From an uncultured Actinomycetes bacterium (GTDB taxonomy: Bacteria; Actinomycetota; CADDZG01; JAHWKV01), in contig CAZCSK010000003.1 in the NCBI GenBank assembly GCA_964501265.1, positions 436 through 64,435 of the forward strand: a stretch of DNA of 64,000 bases. The letters are read 5' to 3'. Shown here piece after piece: positions 18,487-27,812 of the stretch. The notes beneath the pieces are model-generated. The model saw nothing but the letters and a program-made list of their open reading frames with translations. It was not told the origin of the DNA and did no database searches. Numbering within the stretch: the stretch's first letter is position 1; the number at the start of each line of letters is the position of its first letter. Position numbers and translations under genes: made by a program.

Positions 18487-19755
18487 ATGAATTATCTAGC
18501 TAGGAACAACCGTAAGGCAAAAAGGAAGAAACGGCTCTCGATAGTCTGCGGAGTCGCGCTCGTTGTCTCGGCACTATCCATGGGGCGGGGGCTCGCGCTG
18601 CTTCCTATTGAGGAGGAGCTGCTTCCAATTCCCGGGGACCCGCTTCCGCTCCCCATTCCAACACCGGTGCCGGATCCGACAGAAATCCTCTTCCCCCCGG
18701 AAGAACCATCCCCGACACCTACGCCTACGTCTACTGCCACGCCCGCGCCGGCGCCGGCTCCGGCCGACTCACCGCCTCCAACGACGGGGAGCGGTGGCGG
18801 CTCTGAAGCAATACCCGGTCAACCGATTGGCGTAACCCCGCCGAAGATCGCCCCCCCTCCCGTCGTTCTGCCGGGCTCCGTCCCCGCTCTGAACGTGGCC
18901 CCCCCAACTTCACCAGATGGGGTCGGGGCAGGGTTGGATGAGTTCGGGTTTGCTGCCCGGGCTACCTGGGGCGGGCGGAATGACCCGGGCGGATACCTCC
19001 GCGCTCCCGGAGGCCGCTCCACCTTCAGGATCTTGGAGATCATGCGCTCGATCGGGGCGCTGCCTTATACAGTTGCAAGGATACTTGCCCCCTTCCCGGT
19101 CGCGGGCGAGGCGAACTATTCAGACGACTGGGGACAGCCGAGGGGATCCGAACCCTACCTTCGTTCCCACGAGGGAACCGACATCTTCGCGGATCAAGGG
19201 ACATCGGTGATCGCTTCATCGGCCGGGACCGTAGAGTTGACCACGGGAGGGATTTCGGGTTACGCGGTGAAGCTTGTCGCCTCGGACCGCACTTATTACT
19301 TTTACGCCCACCTTCAAAGCTTCGCACCGCGCCTGGTGGACGGCATGACCGTTAGCCCGGGTCAGGTTCTGGGTTTCGTGGGGACCAGCGGCAACGCCGC
19401 TGGCACCCCTCCGCATCTACACTTCGAGATCCATCCTGGTGGAGGGCCCGCAGTGCCTCCCGTCCCATACCTGGATCGTTGGCTTGCGGAGGCCTTGAGC
19501 GCCTCTGAGGCTCTCGCCGAGTCGCCGGTTCGGCAGTTGGGTCAATGGCTTGGTGCGGTTTCCCAGAAAGGAGCCAAAGCTGTCGCACGGCTGCCCTTGG
19601 TTCTAGGGGAGTTCAAGCCGGTATCCGGGACAGCTGCGGCCTTGGGATGGGCACCCTTGTTCCTGCTGGCCTTCCTCTGGTGGCTGCGCCGGCGTAGCTC
19701 GCTCATAGCCCGCCCAGCGGCAAGCGGCGCTGACAGGTTCCTGGAGTTCCCATAG
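18487..19755 (+). CDS. M23 (LytM-type) metallopeptidase, membrane-associated
   Basis: 422 aa with an N-terminal anchor and a Pro-rich linker. M23 motifs HEGTDIFA and GTSGNAAGTPPHLHFEIHP. C-terminal hydrophobic helix (LGWAPLFLLAFLWWLRRR). Confidence 0.85.
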   Translation: MNYLARNNRKAKRKKRLSIVCGVALVVSALSMGRGLALLPIEEELLPIPGDPLPLPIPTPVPDPTEILFPPEEPSPTPTPTSTATPAPAPAPADSPPPTTGSGGGSEAIPGQPIGVTPPKIAPPPVVLPGSVPALNVAPPTSPDGVGAGLDEFGFAARATWGGRNDPGGYLRAPGGRSTFRILEIMRSIGALPYTVARILAPFPVAGEANYSDDWGQPRGSEPYLRSHEGTDIFADQGTSVIASSAGTVELTTGGISGYAVKLVASDRTYYFYAHLQSFAPRLVDGMTVSPGQVLGFVGTSGNAAGTPPHLHFEIHPGGGPAVPPVPYLDRWLAEALSASEALAESPVRQLGQWLGAVSQKGAKAVARLPLVLGEFKPVSGTAAALGWAPLFLLAFLWWLRRRSSLIARPAASGADRFLEFP

Positions 19756-19799
19756 GTTTACCTCGGGAGAAATGCCCCTGAGGTGAGGGCGGACAGCCG

Positions 19800-21899
19800 G
19801 TGAGAGAGTGGGTTCTCCAGCGATATCAGGTTTACGGGCGCGTCTGCCTTATCATTGCGATCTCCATCTCCCCGCTGGTTTTTTATCGCCGTACCGTCGA
19901 TGCCTTCAACTTGGCGAAGATCACCGTCTTATGGGTTTTCGGCGTTCTGGCGTTGGTGACTTGGCTATCTTGGTCGATGGAGCGAGGCGTGTGGCCTCCG
20001 CTGTCGCGAATCATATACGCCGCCGCCGCCTTCCTCGGAGTATGTGGGCTGGCCACCGTCTTTTCACAAAACTCCCTCGTTTCACTGATCGGGCTCTACC
20101 ATCGCTACGGCGGCCTCATCCCTTTCATCCTTTACGCCGTCATCATGGTGTTGATCGTGGGGCTCTACTGGGAGCGTCCCGATGATCTGAAGGAGATCGC
20201 CAGAGCCTCCGGGATAGCTTCGATCCTAATGGCCGGCTATGTTCTGATCCAGGCCGCAGGTCTCGACTGGATCAGATGGGCGACTCCCGACGGCGAGCTT
20301 CCGAGCTTCCCCGTGGGGACCATGGGCAACTCCAACTTCGCCGGAGGTTACTTGGGGATTGCGGTGCCCTTTTCCCTATACCTGGCTCTCACCGCCAAAC
20401 ACACCATCTCCAAGGTGCTGCTCACCGCTTTCGTGGGCCTAGACCTGTTGGCGCTGTGGTTCACGCAGACCCGGGGCGGCATGATCGCCGCGGGTGCAGG
20501 TTTGGTCACTATGGCCTTCGTATACCGTGACCGGCTTCCAAGATGGGCCAGAGCCGCCGTTGTTTCGGCAGTGATGCTTGCGGTGGTGACTGCGATCTTG
20601 GTTCTATGGCATCCCGGGTCCAAGCGTCCGCCGGAACCGCTGGCTCGCTCCACGACGCTTCGGACCGACACCTTTACCATCCGAACCCATTATTGGGATG
20701 CGGCTTGGCGTGTCTTCAAAGACCATCCCTTGCTGGGAACCGGGCCGGAAACCTATTTCGTCAACTATCCCAGATACCGTTCGGCGGCCGACGGCGCCCG
20801 GCTGGGATCCATCCTGACCGACAAACCCCACAATATCTATCTCGAGTACGCCGCCAACGCGGGAGTGTTGGGGGTTGGCGCCTATCTTCTGCTGGTGAGT
20901 CTGGGCGGGTGGTATGGATACATTGGAGCCCGGCGACGCGAGGGCCACGAGCGCCTTCTTGCGACGACTTTTCTTGGCGTGTTGGCAGGGTATCTAGCCC
21001 AAGGGTTCTTCTCTATAGACGTGCCTCCACTGGCGCTGATGGGGTGGGTGGCCCTGGGAGGGATTACCGCCGCAGTCGATCCAAAAATGGCCGCTGCGCG
21101 CGATCGCAGGCTGGCCGAACGCGAGCAAAAAGGAAGGCCCGGGCTTCGAAAGAACAACCGACCCAGCCCTGCACAAGAAGAATTTCCGGTGCGGCACGGT
21201 TTCCCTCTTTGGCCGGTCCATGCCGTCCTTGCCATGATCGCCGCAGGCCTGCTTGCAGTGGGGACGCGCCCTTTTCTTGCCGACATAAAGGCACAAAATG
21301 CGCAGATTCTGCAAAATGCTAGAGCGCCGTCGAACGTTGTAGCCGCTAATTATCAGCAGGCGATCAAGCTCCATCCGCTCGAGCCGACCTATCGAGTGCT
21401 GGCTGGCTTCTTCTCGGAAAGGCAGGCGAGCTCCACTGGGAGTCGGGTCGAAAAAAGACGGCTCTTCCTCCAAGCGCTGGCCCGTTATCGAGAAGCCCAA
21501 CGGCTCCAGCCGGGAAACATCTTTTACTTGATGAACAGCGCCAGGACGTATGCCACTTGGGGAGAGACCCTTGACGCCAAGAGATTCGCCGAGGCGGATC
21601 GCCTATGGGCCAGAATTGTTGCCGACGACCCCGCCGACTACTCAGTCCACGTCGAATACGCGCTGATGCTCAACTCGTGGGGCAACGCCACTAACAGCCG
21701 GGAGATCCGTCTACGCTCGGCTCAGGAGTTGAAGGAGGTTATACGCATCCGGCCCGATTACGCCGACGCTTGGGTCAACCTCGGAAAGCTCTATCGGGCA
21801 CTCGGGGAGTCGGAGAAGGCCGAGGCTGCCCTGAAGCAAGCGCTCACCATAGAGCCCACCAACCAAGAAGCCAGGCAATTGCTCGCGTCGCCGAGCTGA
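19800..21899 (+). CDS. O-antigen ligase/polymerase (Wzy_C-like) membrane protein with C-terminal TPR repeats
   Basis: 699 aa, polytopic. Wzy_C-like core (WFTQTRGGMIAAGAGL, KPHNIYLEYAANAGVLG). The C-terminal ~200 aa are TPR-like. Confidence 0.75.
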   Translation: MREWVLQRYQVYGRVCLIIAISISPLVFYRRTVDAFNLAKITVLWVFGVLALVTWLSWSMERGVWPPLSRIIYAAAAFLGVCGLATVFSQNSLVSLIGLYHRYGGLIPFILYAVIMVLIVGLYWERPDDLKEIARASGIASILMAGYVLIQAAGLDWIRWATPDGELPSFPVGTMGNSNFAGGYLGIAVPFSLYLALTAKHTISKVLLTAFVGLDLLALWFTQTRGGMIAAGAGLVTMAFVYRDRLPRWARAAVVSAVMLAVVTAILVLWHPGSKRPPEPLARSTTLRTDTFTIRTHYWDAAWRVFKDHPLLGTGPETYFVNYPRYRSAADGARLGSILTDKPHNIYLEYAANAGVLGVGAYLLLVSLGGWYGYIGARRREGHERLLATTFLGVLAGYLAQGFFSIDVPPLALMGWVALGGITAAVDPKMAAARDRRLAEREQKGRPGLRKNNRPSPAQEEFPVRHGFPLWPVHAVLAMIAAGLLAVGTRPFLADIKAQNAQILQNARAPSNVVAANYQQAIKLHPLEPTYRVLAGFFSERQASSTGSRVEKRRLFLQALARYREAQRLQPGNIFYLMNSARTYATWGETLDAKRFAEADRLWARIVADDPADYSVHVEYALMLNSWGNATNSREIRLRSAQELKEVIRIRPDYADAWVNLGKLYRALGESEKAEAALKQALTIEPTNQEARQLLASPS

Positions 21900-22003
21900 A
21901 TTGACGCGCTCCCCTATCCAGGCCCTTGCACCCCAGTCGTTGAGTCTTAGGCCCTCGTCTAAACCACGCGACTTTTCGGGTATCCATTCGTACTGAAGAG
22001 GTT

Positions 22004-23857
22004 ATGGAACTAATAGCCCTGAGAGTAAAGCGTTTTCGTAGCCTTTACGAAACCGGCTGGATCCCGTTTTCCGACATCACAGTCCTCATCGGTGAAAACG
22101 ATGGCGGCAAGACCACGACCATCGACGCGCTGGACGTTCTTCTCGGGAACCGGAGCCTCGATGTCGGAGACTTTTCACACAGCGACAGCGCAGGGGCGGA
22201 AAGCGACGAGATCGAACGCGAGTCAGAACTGGCCATAGAAGTGAAGTTGAGAGTCACCGCTGCTGAGATGGATCAGGTTCGCAACGCAGCGCCTCTCGCC
22301 AAGTTCGATGGCGACACGCTGCACCTTGTCAGGAAAGGATCGCTCACCGAAGAGGGGCCGACGGTGTCGAGGCTCAAGATCGTGGCCATAGCTCCTGAAG
22401 ATCCGAGGCTCCACCGCGACGCCGACGGGCTCCGGCTGCAAGAACTGCGGCAGTTCGTCGACGAGCAGGTCATCAATGTAGCGGGTCCGCGCAACCAAAA
22501 GGATTCCTTCATCCAGGCGATCCTCGCAGCGGAGGAACATCTTTCATGGGGGCCGTGCGAACTGGAGGTGGGACCAGCGATCCTTCGAAGCCTCCCGATT
22601 CTTACCCTCTATCCGAACGATCTCGATCCCGAGCAAGTCGTCTCGACTGTCCTCCGCAGCGTCTTCGCTCAGGAGATCCGCTCGGACCACTATCAAGACC
22701 GGCTCGAGCAGATCGGAAGGGAGATCCGTTCGGTCCTGGATGAGGCCATCTCGCAACTCAAGCCGCTCGTGACGAAGTACCGACCGGACATCGCAGACGT
22801 TCGGGTGACGCCCCGGCTGGACTTCGAGCGGGGATATCAGGGCGCGGGGCTAGAGCTGATCGGGGGCAGCGGACAACCGATCAGTTTGGCCAAGCGGGGA
22901 CTCGGGATTCGGAACCAGGTCACGCTCGCAGTCTACGAATGGAACTCGGAAATTCTCCGGACGCGGATTGCCGAAGGTGTCCGCCCTACCATCCTCGCCT
23001 TCGATGAGCCGGACCTTCACCTCGACTACGGCTCCCAACGAAGACTCTTCGATCTGATTCGCGGTTTTGCAGGGCCGGGCGTACAAGTGGTCGTGGCGAC
23101 CCACTCGCTGAACTTCGTCAACCGAGTACCCATCTACAAGCTCAACGGTTACCGGCTGGATTCGGCGGCGCATACGGTTATCGAGAACGTTCCGTCCGGA
23201 CCTGAGGCTGAAGAACTTTTCCTTTATCAGCTCGGGGCCGGGATGGGATTAGAGAACAGTCTTATGTTCTACGAAAGGTGCTTCCTCGTGGTCGAGGGCC
23301 GCACGGAGATGCCCTTGCTTCCCCGCCTCTACGAACTGTACACGGGAGCGAGCATGTGGTCGGAAGGGATCCGACAGCTAGACGGTGAGGGCAACGGCGG
23401 AGCGCGCCTATTCGCCAAGTTCCTCAACCGAAGCCGGCGAAACGTGGTGTTCCTCGTCGATGAGGACGCGATGACCGCTCCCGGGTCGGGGCGCGTCTTC
23501 TCGAAGGAGCAGCTTCTGGCTGACGGTTTCGATGTTGAGACTCAGGTTCACTTCGTGGGACCACGGGAATTGGAAGAGGCCTTCTCCAACGAAGTCTGGG
23601 CCCGCGTCGGAAATGCCTTCTACCCGCGAGACGGAGATCAGTCTTGGAAGGGTGAGGACTTCGAGCAAATGCGTCACGATCAGCAGCGCAAGTTTAAGGA
23701 CGCCCTGCTGCAGGCCTTTAGAACGGATCCCGCAACCTTAGGTCTGAAGCTTGCGCACGCCGTCGAGGTGGCGGATGAGATTCCGGAGCCAATTCGCAGC
23801 TGCTTCGACGGCGCGCGAACCATCGCCAATAGAATGGCAGGAGAGGGGCTTTCGTGA
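22004..23857 (+). CDS. OLD-family ATP-dependent nuclease (ABC-type ATPase + Toprim)
   Basis: 617 aa. N-terminus RVKRFRSL...VLIGENDGGKTT (Walker A), ILAFDEPDLHLD (Walker B) and VVVATHS. C-terminal Toprim-like LVVEGRTE ... VFLVDEDA. Confidence 0.75.
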   Translation: MELIALRVKRFRSLYETGWIPFSDITVLIGENDGGKTTTIDALDVLLGNRSLDVGDFSHSDSAGAESDEIERESELAIEVKLRVTAAEMDQVRNAAPLAKFDGDTLHLVRKGSLTEEGPTVSRLKIVAIAPEDPRLHRDADGLRLQELRQFVDEQVINVAGPRNQKDSFIQAILAAEEHLSWGPCELEVGPAILRSLPILTLYPNDLDPEQVVSTVLRSVFAQEIRSDHYQDRLEQIGREIRSVLDEAISQLKPLVTKYRPDIADVRVTPRLDFERGYQGAGLELIGGSGQPISLAKRGLGIRNQVTLAVYEWNSEILRTRIAEGVRPTILAFDEPDLHLDYGSQRRLFDLIRGFAGPGVQVVVATHSLNFVNRVPIYKLNGYRLDSAAHTVIENVPSGPEAEELFLYQLGAGMGLENSLMFYERCFLVVEGRTEMPLLPRLYELYTGASMWSEGIRQLDGEGNGGARLFAKFLNRSRRNVVFLVDEDAMTAPGSGRVFSKEQLLADGFDVETQVHFVGPRELEEAFSNEVWARVGNAFYPRDGDQSWKGEDFEQMRHDQQRKFKDALLQAFRTDPATLGLKLAHAVEVADEIPEPIRSCFDGARTIANRMAGEGLS

Positions 23858-24066
23858 AGATTATCCCGGTGGCCTCTACCAACATAGAAGCCATCGGCTA
23901 TGACGAGGCGACTCTCATTTTGCGGGTGGTGTTTCGGAACGGGTCGGTTTATGAATACCTGGGTGTGCCCCTCAAAGTGTTTGGCGAGTTCAAGGCGGCA
24001 CCTTCGAAGGGAAGGTTCGTGAACAGTGCTCTCCGCCGACGTTACAGGTATCGGCGAATCCGATGA
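23854..24066 (+). CDS. KTSC-domain protein
   Basis: 70 aa with a GTG start in a GTGA overlap with the OLD stop. The whole protein fits the KTSC pattern (SSxIxAIGYDxxxxxLxVxFxxGxVYxYxxVPxxVFxxFxxAxSKGxFxN). Confidence 0.8.
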   Translation: MKIIPVASTNIEAIGYDEATLILRVVFRNGSVYEYLGVPLKVFGEFKAAPSKGRFVNSALRRRYRYRRIR

Positions 24067-24223
24067 TCCACACTTGGACCCGCTAGGGCAACGAGGGCCT
24101 GAAGGGTCATGCGCGAGGGAACGGTAGATCCAGCGCGATTGAGTCTAGTCAGGGTGGGACCTGAACCAGCTTGCGTAGGGCCGGACCTCAGCGTCCCTTG
24201 GGTCATTGACCAAAAGTCTTCCT

Positions 24224-24463
24224 TCACTTCCCGATAAACCGGACCCGGGTCGAATCGAAGCGCTCGCGCGAAAGCCAGAAGCTCGACGATGTCGACTCAC
24301 TGCCGACCGGGCTGCCGCGCTGGAAACGAAGGAGTGTGACCGGGCCGAGTAGCGGAGCTAGGTCGTCCTGCAACATCCCCACCTGCCGGAGACGTGTTTC
24401 GGTAAACACACAGCCGATGAGTTTGTCATTGCTGAGGTCGCGGATGTGCTTCGGTTTAGGCAT
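24224..24463 (-). CDS. XRE-family HTH regulator (paralog 1, divergent)
   Basis: Start moved to the internal Met (MPKPKHIRD...) by homology with MPKAKRKR... of 26092..26343. HTH-like core (RLRQVGMLQDDLAPLLG). More degenerate than paralog 2. Confidence 0.55.
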   Translation of the reverse strand: MPKPKHIRDLSNDKLIGCVFTETRLRQVGMLQDDLAPLLGPVTLLRFQRGSPVGSESTSSSFWLSRERFDSTRVRFIGK

Positions 24464-24477
24464 GGTCGTCTTGGGAT

Positions 24478-24527
24478 ACATGCCGCACGCTGGAACCGAA
24501 ATCTCGATATCCAAAAAGTGGATAGAG
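24478..24527 (-). promoter_or_regulatory. Conserved promoter/operator-like segment upstream of XRE paralog 1
   Basis: GAACCGAAATCTCGATATCCAAAAA (24493..24517) is identical at 24 of 25 positions to 26371..26395. Contains the inverted repeat TATCCA-N5-TGGATA. Sits at the same distance from the start codon as in paralog 2. Confidence 0.6.
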
Positions 24528-24597
24528 CGATAGGATTAGATCTTTCCCAACGACGAGGAGTGCGCGTGCTCATGCGGCGACCAAAGGCCAGGCGATT

Positions 24598-26061
24598 ATG
24601 AGCGAGTGGCTGGCCGCCGGAAGATCGCTTAGCAGGATCGGTCAGCCGGATCGCGAAAGGCAGCGTGCCTTGGAAAGAGCCCTCGAGAAGCAAACGATCA
24701 CGGAGCCTCCGAGAAGACTGGTGTGTCCGCTGCTGGAGGCTGGCTCTGAAGGTCGCGACCTCAAAAAGAAGTCCGAAGACGGTAGCAGCAGCGGGTTTGG
24801 AGTCCCGGATTGGCTTCTGGGTCCTCTCGTCGTTGCGGCGATTGCGCTACTAAGACGGGCCTCACAGGTGGGACTGGAGCGGACTGTTCCTCCTCGCTTC
24901 CTTCCGTGGATGGGAGGTCCGCAGAAAGTTGGTTCAAAACAGCAGAAGATGATCCTCAAAGAACTTGGGCAGCACGCGCTCTTTACGCAAGCCGTCTTTG
25001 AACTATTCAATTTGTCCCATGCTCCGTGTGTAAGGACGTACGAGAAGCTCTCTCTCGAACAAGTACTTGATGATTTGGAGCGACGGGACGACGAGCCCGA
25101 CCACCTCGTCTGCCTGCTTCTCGCTTCGGGTCGAGGATCAGATGCGCAGGCGGTTGCAGTTTGGGCAAAGCAGCAAGTGTTGGTGCAAGCATTTGATCCA
25201 CCCTCTCAAGGAAACCTCATTGGGACGAGTGATTCCGATCTGGATGTCAGTGGCCTTCACCGAGCACTCGAGGAAGAACGCCGATCTCGAAAGCGAGCGG
25301 AGCATGCGCTAATAGGGGCCGAGCGCTCCGAGGAAGCACATAGCAAAAGAGCTGTTGATGCCGAGCAGCAAGCGGTGGATGCGTACAGGAAGGTCGCCAC
25401 GGCCGCTGAAGAGGCGATCGAATTGAGCGAACAGATTGCGAAACTCAAGACTGAACTCCGGAAGACCGCTCGTGAACGTCGGACCCTGCTTCTGGAGCGG
25501 GAGCGTCTGCTAGGGCGATTTTTGCGCGCACGTCGCGACCTGAGAATGATCCGAGCTAAAGTGCCGGATCAGGTTCCAATATCTGCTGGATGTTTGTTTG
25601 AGGTCAGTACCTCAAGACCGCCGCCGTCAGTAGGTGAGCTAAACGAGCGGTATCGAAGCGGGGGATCCAGATCAGTCCTGGAGGCAAAGCCGCTGATCTT
25701 GATGATCGATGGGTGGAACGTGGTTCTGGGTCACATGCTGACTGGCAATCTGAGGGACCGCCGCCTTAGGTTGGAGCGGACTCTAGCCGGTTACGAGGCC
25801 CGAACTGGCAACCGGGTGCTGGTCGTTTACGACGGCCGGGAGGACGTATCGATAACAATGCCTCAGGCCCGAGGGATCCTTCGAGTATTCACCCTTGAAG
25901 ATGAATCGGCCGACGACTACATCGTCTCGGAGTTGGAAATCGGAACCGGTTTGCTCGCACCCGTGGTAGCCACCTCGGACCGGGAGCTTGGGCGCAGGTG
26001 CAGAGATTTTGGGGCGTTTGTCGTTACCTCAGACGAGCTTGCCCGTTTCCTCAAATTGTAA
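24598..26061 (+). CDS. Coiled-coil protein with C-terminal YacP/Rae1-like NYN ribonuclease domain
   Basis: 487 aa. Charged coiled-coil-like segment (about residues 225-320). C-terminal NYN pattern ILMIDGWNVV ... VLVVYDG ... VFTLEDESADDYI ... VVATSDRELGRRCRDFGAFVVTSDEL. Confidence 0.7.
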   Translation: MSEWLAAGRSLSRIGQPDRERQRALERALEKQTITEPPRRLVCPLLEAGSEGRDLKKKSEDGSSSGFGVPDWLLGPLVVAAIALLRRASQVGLERTVPPRFLPWMGGPQKVGSKQQKMILKELGQHALFTQAVFELFNLSHAPCVRTYEKLSLEQVLDDLERRDDEPDHLVCLLLASGRGSDAQAVAVWAKQQVLVQAFDPPSQGNLIGTSDSDLDVSGLHRALEEERRSRKRAEHALIGAERSEEAHSKRAVDAEQQAVDAYRKVATAAEEAIELSEQIAKLKTELRKTARERRTLLLERERLLGRFLRARRDLRMIRAKVPDQVPISAGCLFEVSTSRPPPSVGELNERYRSGGSRSVLEAKPLILMIDGWNVVLGHMLTGNLRDRRLRLERTLAGYEARTGNRVLVVYDGREDVSITMPQARGILRVFTLEDESADDYIVSELEIGTGLLAPVVATSDRELGRRCRDFGAFVVTSDELARFLKL

Positions 26062-26091
26062 TCCGCTCGGTCCGAGATGGGGAGCGTCGGT

Positions 26092-26343
26092 TCACCTGAG
26101 CGACCCCCGAAGTTGACGAACGAACCGGGCCGGGTCGAAACTTAGCGCTTCGGCGAAGGTGAGCAACTCGACAACATCCACCCGATGCTGCCCGGCCTCG
26201 ACGTTTGAGACGAACGACTGGGGTCGCCTCAAGAGCTTTCCAACCTGAGCCTGGGTCATACCAAGCTTTCTCCTGCGGTCCGCGAGCAGGCGACCGATGA
26301 CTTCGTACTTCTGGAAGTTCCGCTTGCGTTTCGCTTTGGGCAT
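26092..26343 (-). CDS. XRE-family HTH regulator (paralog 2)
   Basis: 83 aa with the classic pattern RRRKLGMTQAQVGKLLRRPQSFVSNVEAGQHRVDVVELLTFAEAL. Confidence 0.85.
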   Translation of the reverse strand: MPKAKRKRNFQKYEVIGRLLADRRRKLGMTQAQVGKLLRRPQSFVSNVEAGQHRVDVVELLTFAEALSFDPARFVRQLRGSLR

Positions 26344-26355
26344 GACCCCTCCTGG

Positions 26356-26405
26356 GCATGCCGGATGCTAGAACCGAAATCTGGATATCCAAAAACTAGA
26401 TGGTC
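26356..26405 (-). promoter_or_regulatory. Conserved promoter/operator-like segment upstream of XRE paralog 2
   Basis: Duplicate of 24478..24527. Contains the perfect palindrome TGGATATCCA (26382..26391). Lies in the divergent region shared with the ECF sigma gene. Confidence 0.6.
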
Positions 26406-26659
26406 TCCACCGGCTGGCAAAGTCACCGCCGGGTAAATGCTCGGGAGGACGCTGGTTTGCGGACCTCGTCTGCGCGAGAGAATCTTGTTCTGGCTTAGTT
26501 GGCCGCCGTTCGAGATTTCTGGTGGCCACGAATCAGGAGTTTGGTGGCCGTTAGTCGGGACTTTCGAGCTCCTTGTGACCTTGTCCTCGAGGGCCCTGGT
26601 ATTGTACACTTACCGCCGTCGGACGGGTCGAGGGTGCAGTCGGAAGCCAGGGGCTAACA

Positions 26660-27748
26660 GTGGCCGTTGATATCTCAGAGATCTCGGATGGTGCTCTGGT
26701 CAGGCGCCACCTGGAGGGAGAGGAGCAGGCTTTCGAGGAACTATTCGACCGTTACTACACTCGCCTATTCCGGTTTTGCCTCCAACGAGTCGGCGATCGG
26801 TCTGCATCGGAAGACATCGCCCAGGACACCCTGCTTCAGGCGCTCAAGTATCTGCAGGGTTTCGATCCGAAGCGCCCCATGTGGCCGTGGCTCAAGACCA
26901 TCGCCGGGCACCTGATCGGCCGGTTTATTGGTGTCAAACACGAAGAGCAGTCCCTCATCGAAACTTGGGTCCCGAGCGCTGCCAGCGTACACGACGCAGC
27001 CGACCTACTTGGGGAAAAGGAACTCCTCGGCTTGGCCCTCAAAAGGCTCGCCCCCTCGCAGCGAAATGCGATCAGTCTTCGTTACCTCGACGAGTGGAGC
27101 CCTAAAGAGTTGGCTGAGTTTCTCGGGGTAGGCAAACACGCAGTCGAGCAACTGCTCTCGAGGGCGCGAGTGAAACTGCGCGAAGAGTACCGCCGCTTGT
27201 CGAGTGAGGGCCGGGAGAGACTCGGATTGGTCTGTCCCCCGCTGCTGGTGCGTGTTCGAAACAGGTTTCGACAGTGGGCTGCAAACCTTCGCGGCGAGAA
27301 CGGGCTGGTCCAAGCCGGCGCGAGCGGTGCGCCTCTCATTAATCAGCTGCTGGGTCTGATCGCCGCAGGTGTTGCGATCGTGCTACTCGCAGCCGGAAGC
27401 ATTCATGGCCCGAATGCGTCTGGAGCCGCCGCGGCCCGGCAAGGGCAAGGGCACATAGGGTCGCCGCACGCTGGCATCCAGGACGCCGGGCAACGCGAGA
27501 CCATCTTCAAGAGAAGTTCCCGGTCGGTGCATATCTCGACAGACCAGATGGTCGGCGGCGCACCGGGGTCTGCTTCGGGATCCGTGGAAGTTAAGAAGAA
27601 TTCACTGCGCGCCAGGCTTGAGGCAAAAACCCCTGGGGATCACCACATCATCGTTCCGGTCTGGATCGAGACCAATGCCGAATGTGATTATTCCGCCGTC
27701 CAACAGGCTTTGTGCGAGATGGTCGATAGGTTGCCGGACCAAGACTGA
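26660..27748 (+). CDS. ECF-type sigma-70 factor with fused C-terminal transmembrane/extracytoplasmic extension
   Basis: 362 aa with a GTG start. Region 2 (FEELFDRYYTRLFRFC, DIAQDTLLQAL) and region 4 (LAPSQRNAISLRYLDEWSPKELAEFLGVGKHAVEQLLSRAR). These are followed by a TM helix (LLGLIAAGVAIVLLAAG) and a ~110-aa tail. Confidence 0.8.
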   Translation: MAVDISEISDGALVRRHLEGEEQAFEELFDRYYTRLFRFCLQRVGDRSASEDIAQDTLLQALKYLQGFDPKRPMWPWLKTIAGHLIGRFIGVKHEEQSLIETWVPSAASVHDAADLLGEKELLGLALKRLAPSQRNAISLRYLDEWSPKELAEFLGVGKHAVEQLLSRARVKLREEYRRLSSEGRERLGLVCPPLLVRVRNRFRQWAANLRGENGLVQAGASGAPLINQLLGLIAAGVAIVLLAAGSIHGPNASGAAAARQGQGHIGSPHAGIQDAGQRETIFKRSSRSVHISTDQMVGGAPGSASGSVEVKKNSLRARLEAKTPGDHHIIVPVWIETNAECDYSAVQQALCEMVDRLPDQD

Positions 27749-27812
27749 TTCGCGCTTCGAGGCGGGGCGATTACCTAATCACACAAGACCACCCATCTCT
27801 ACTTTTTTAAGT

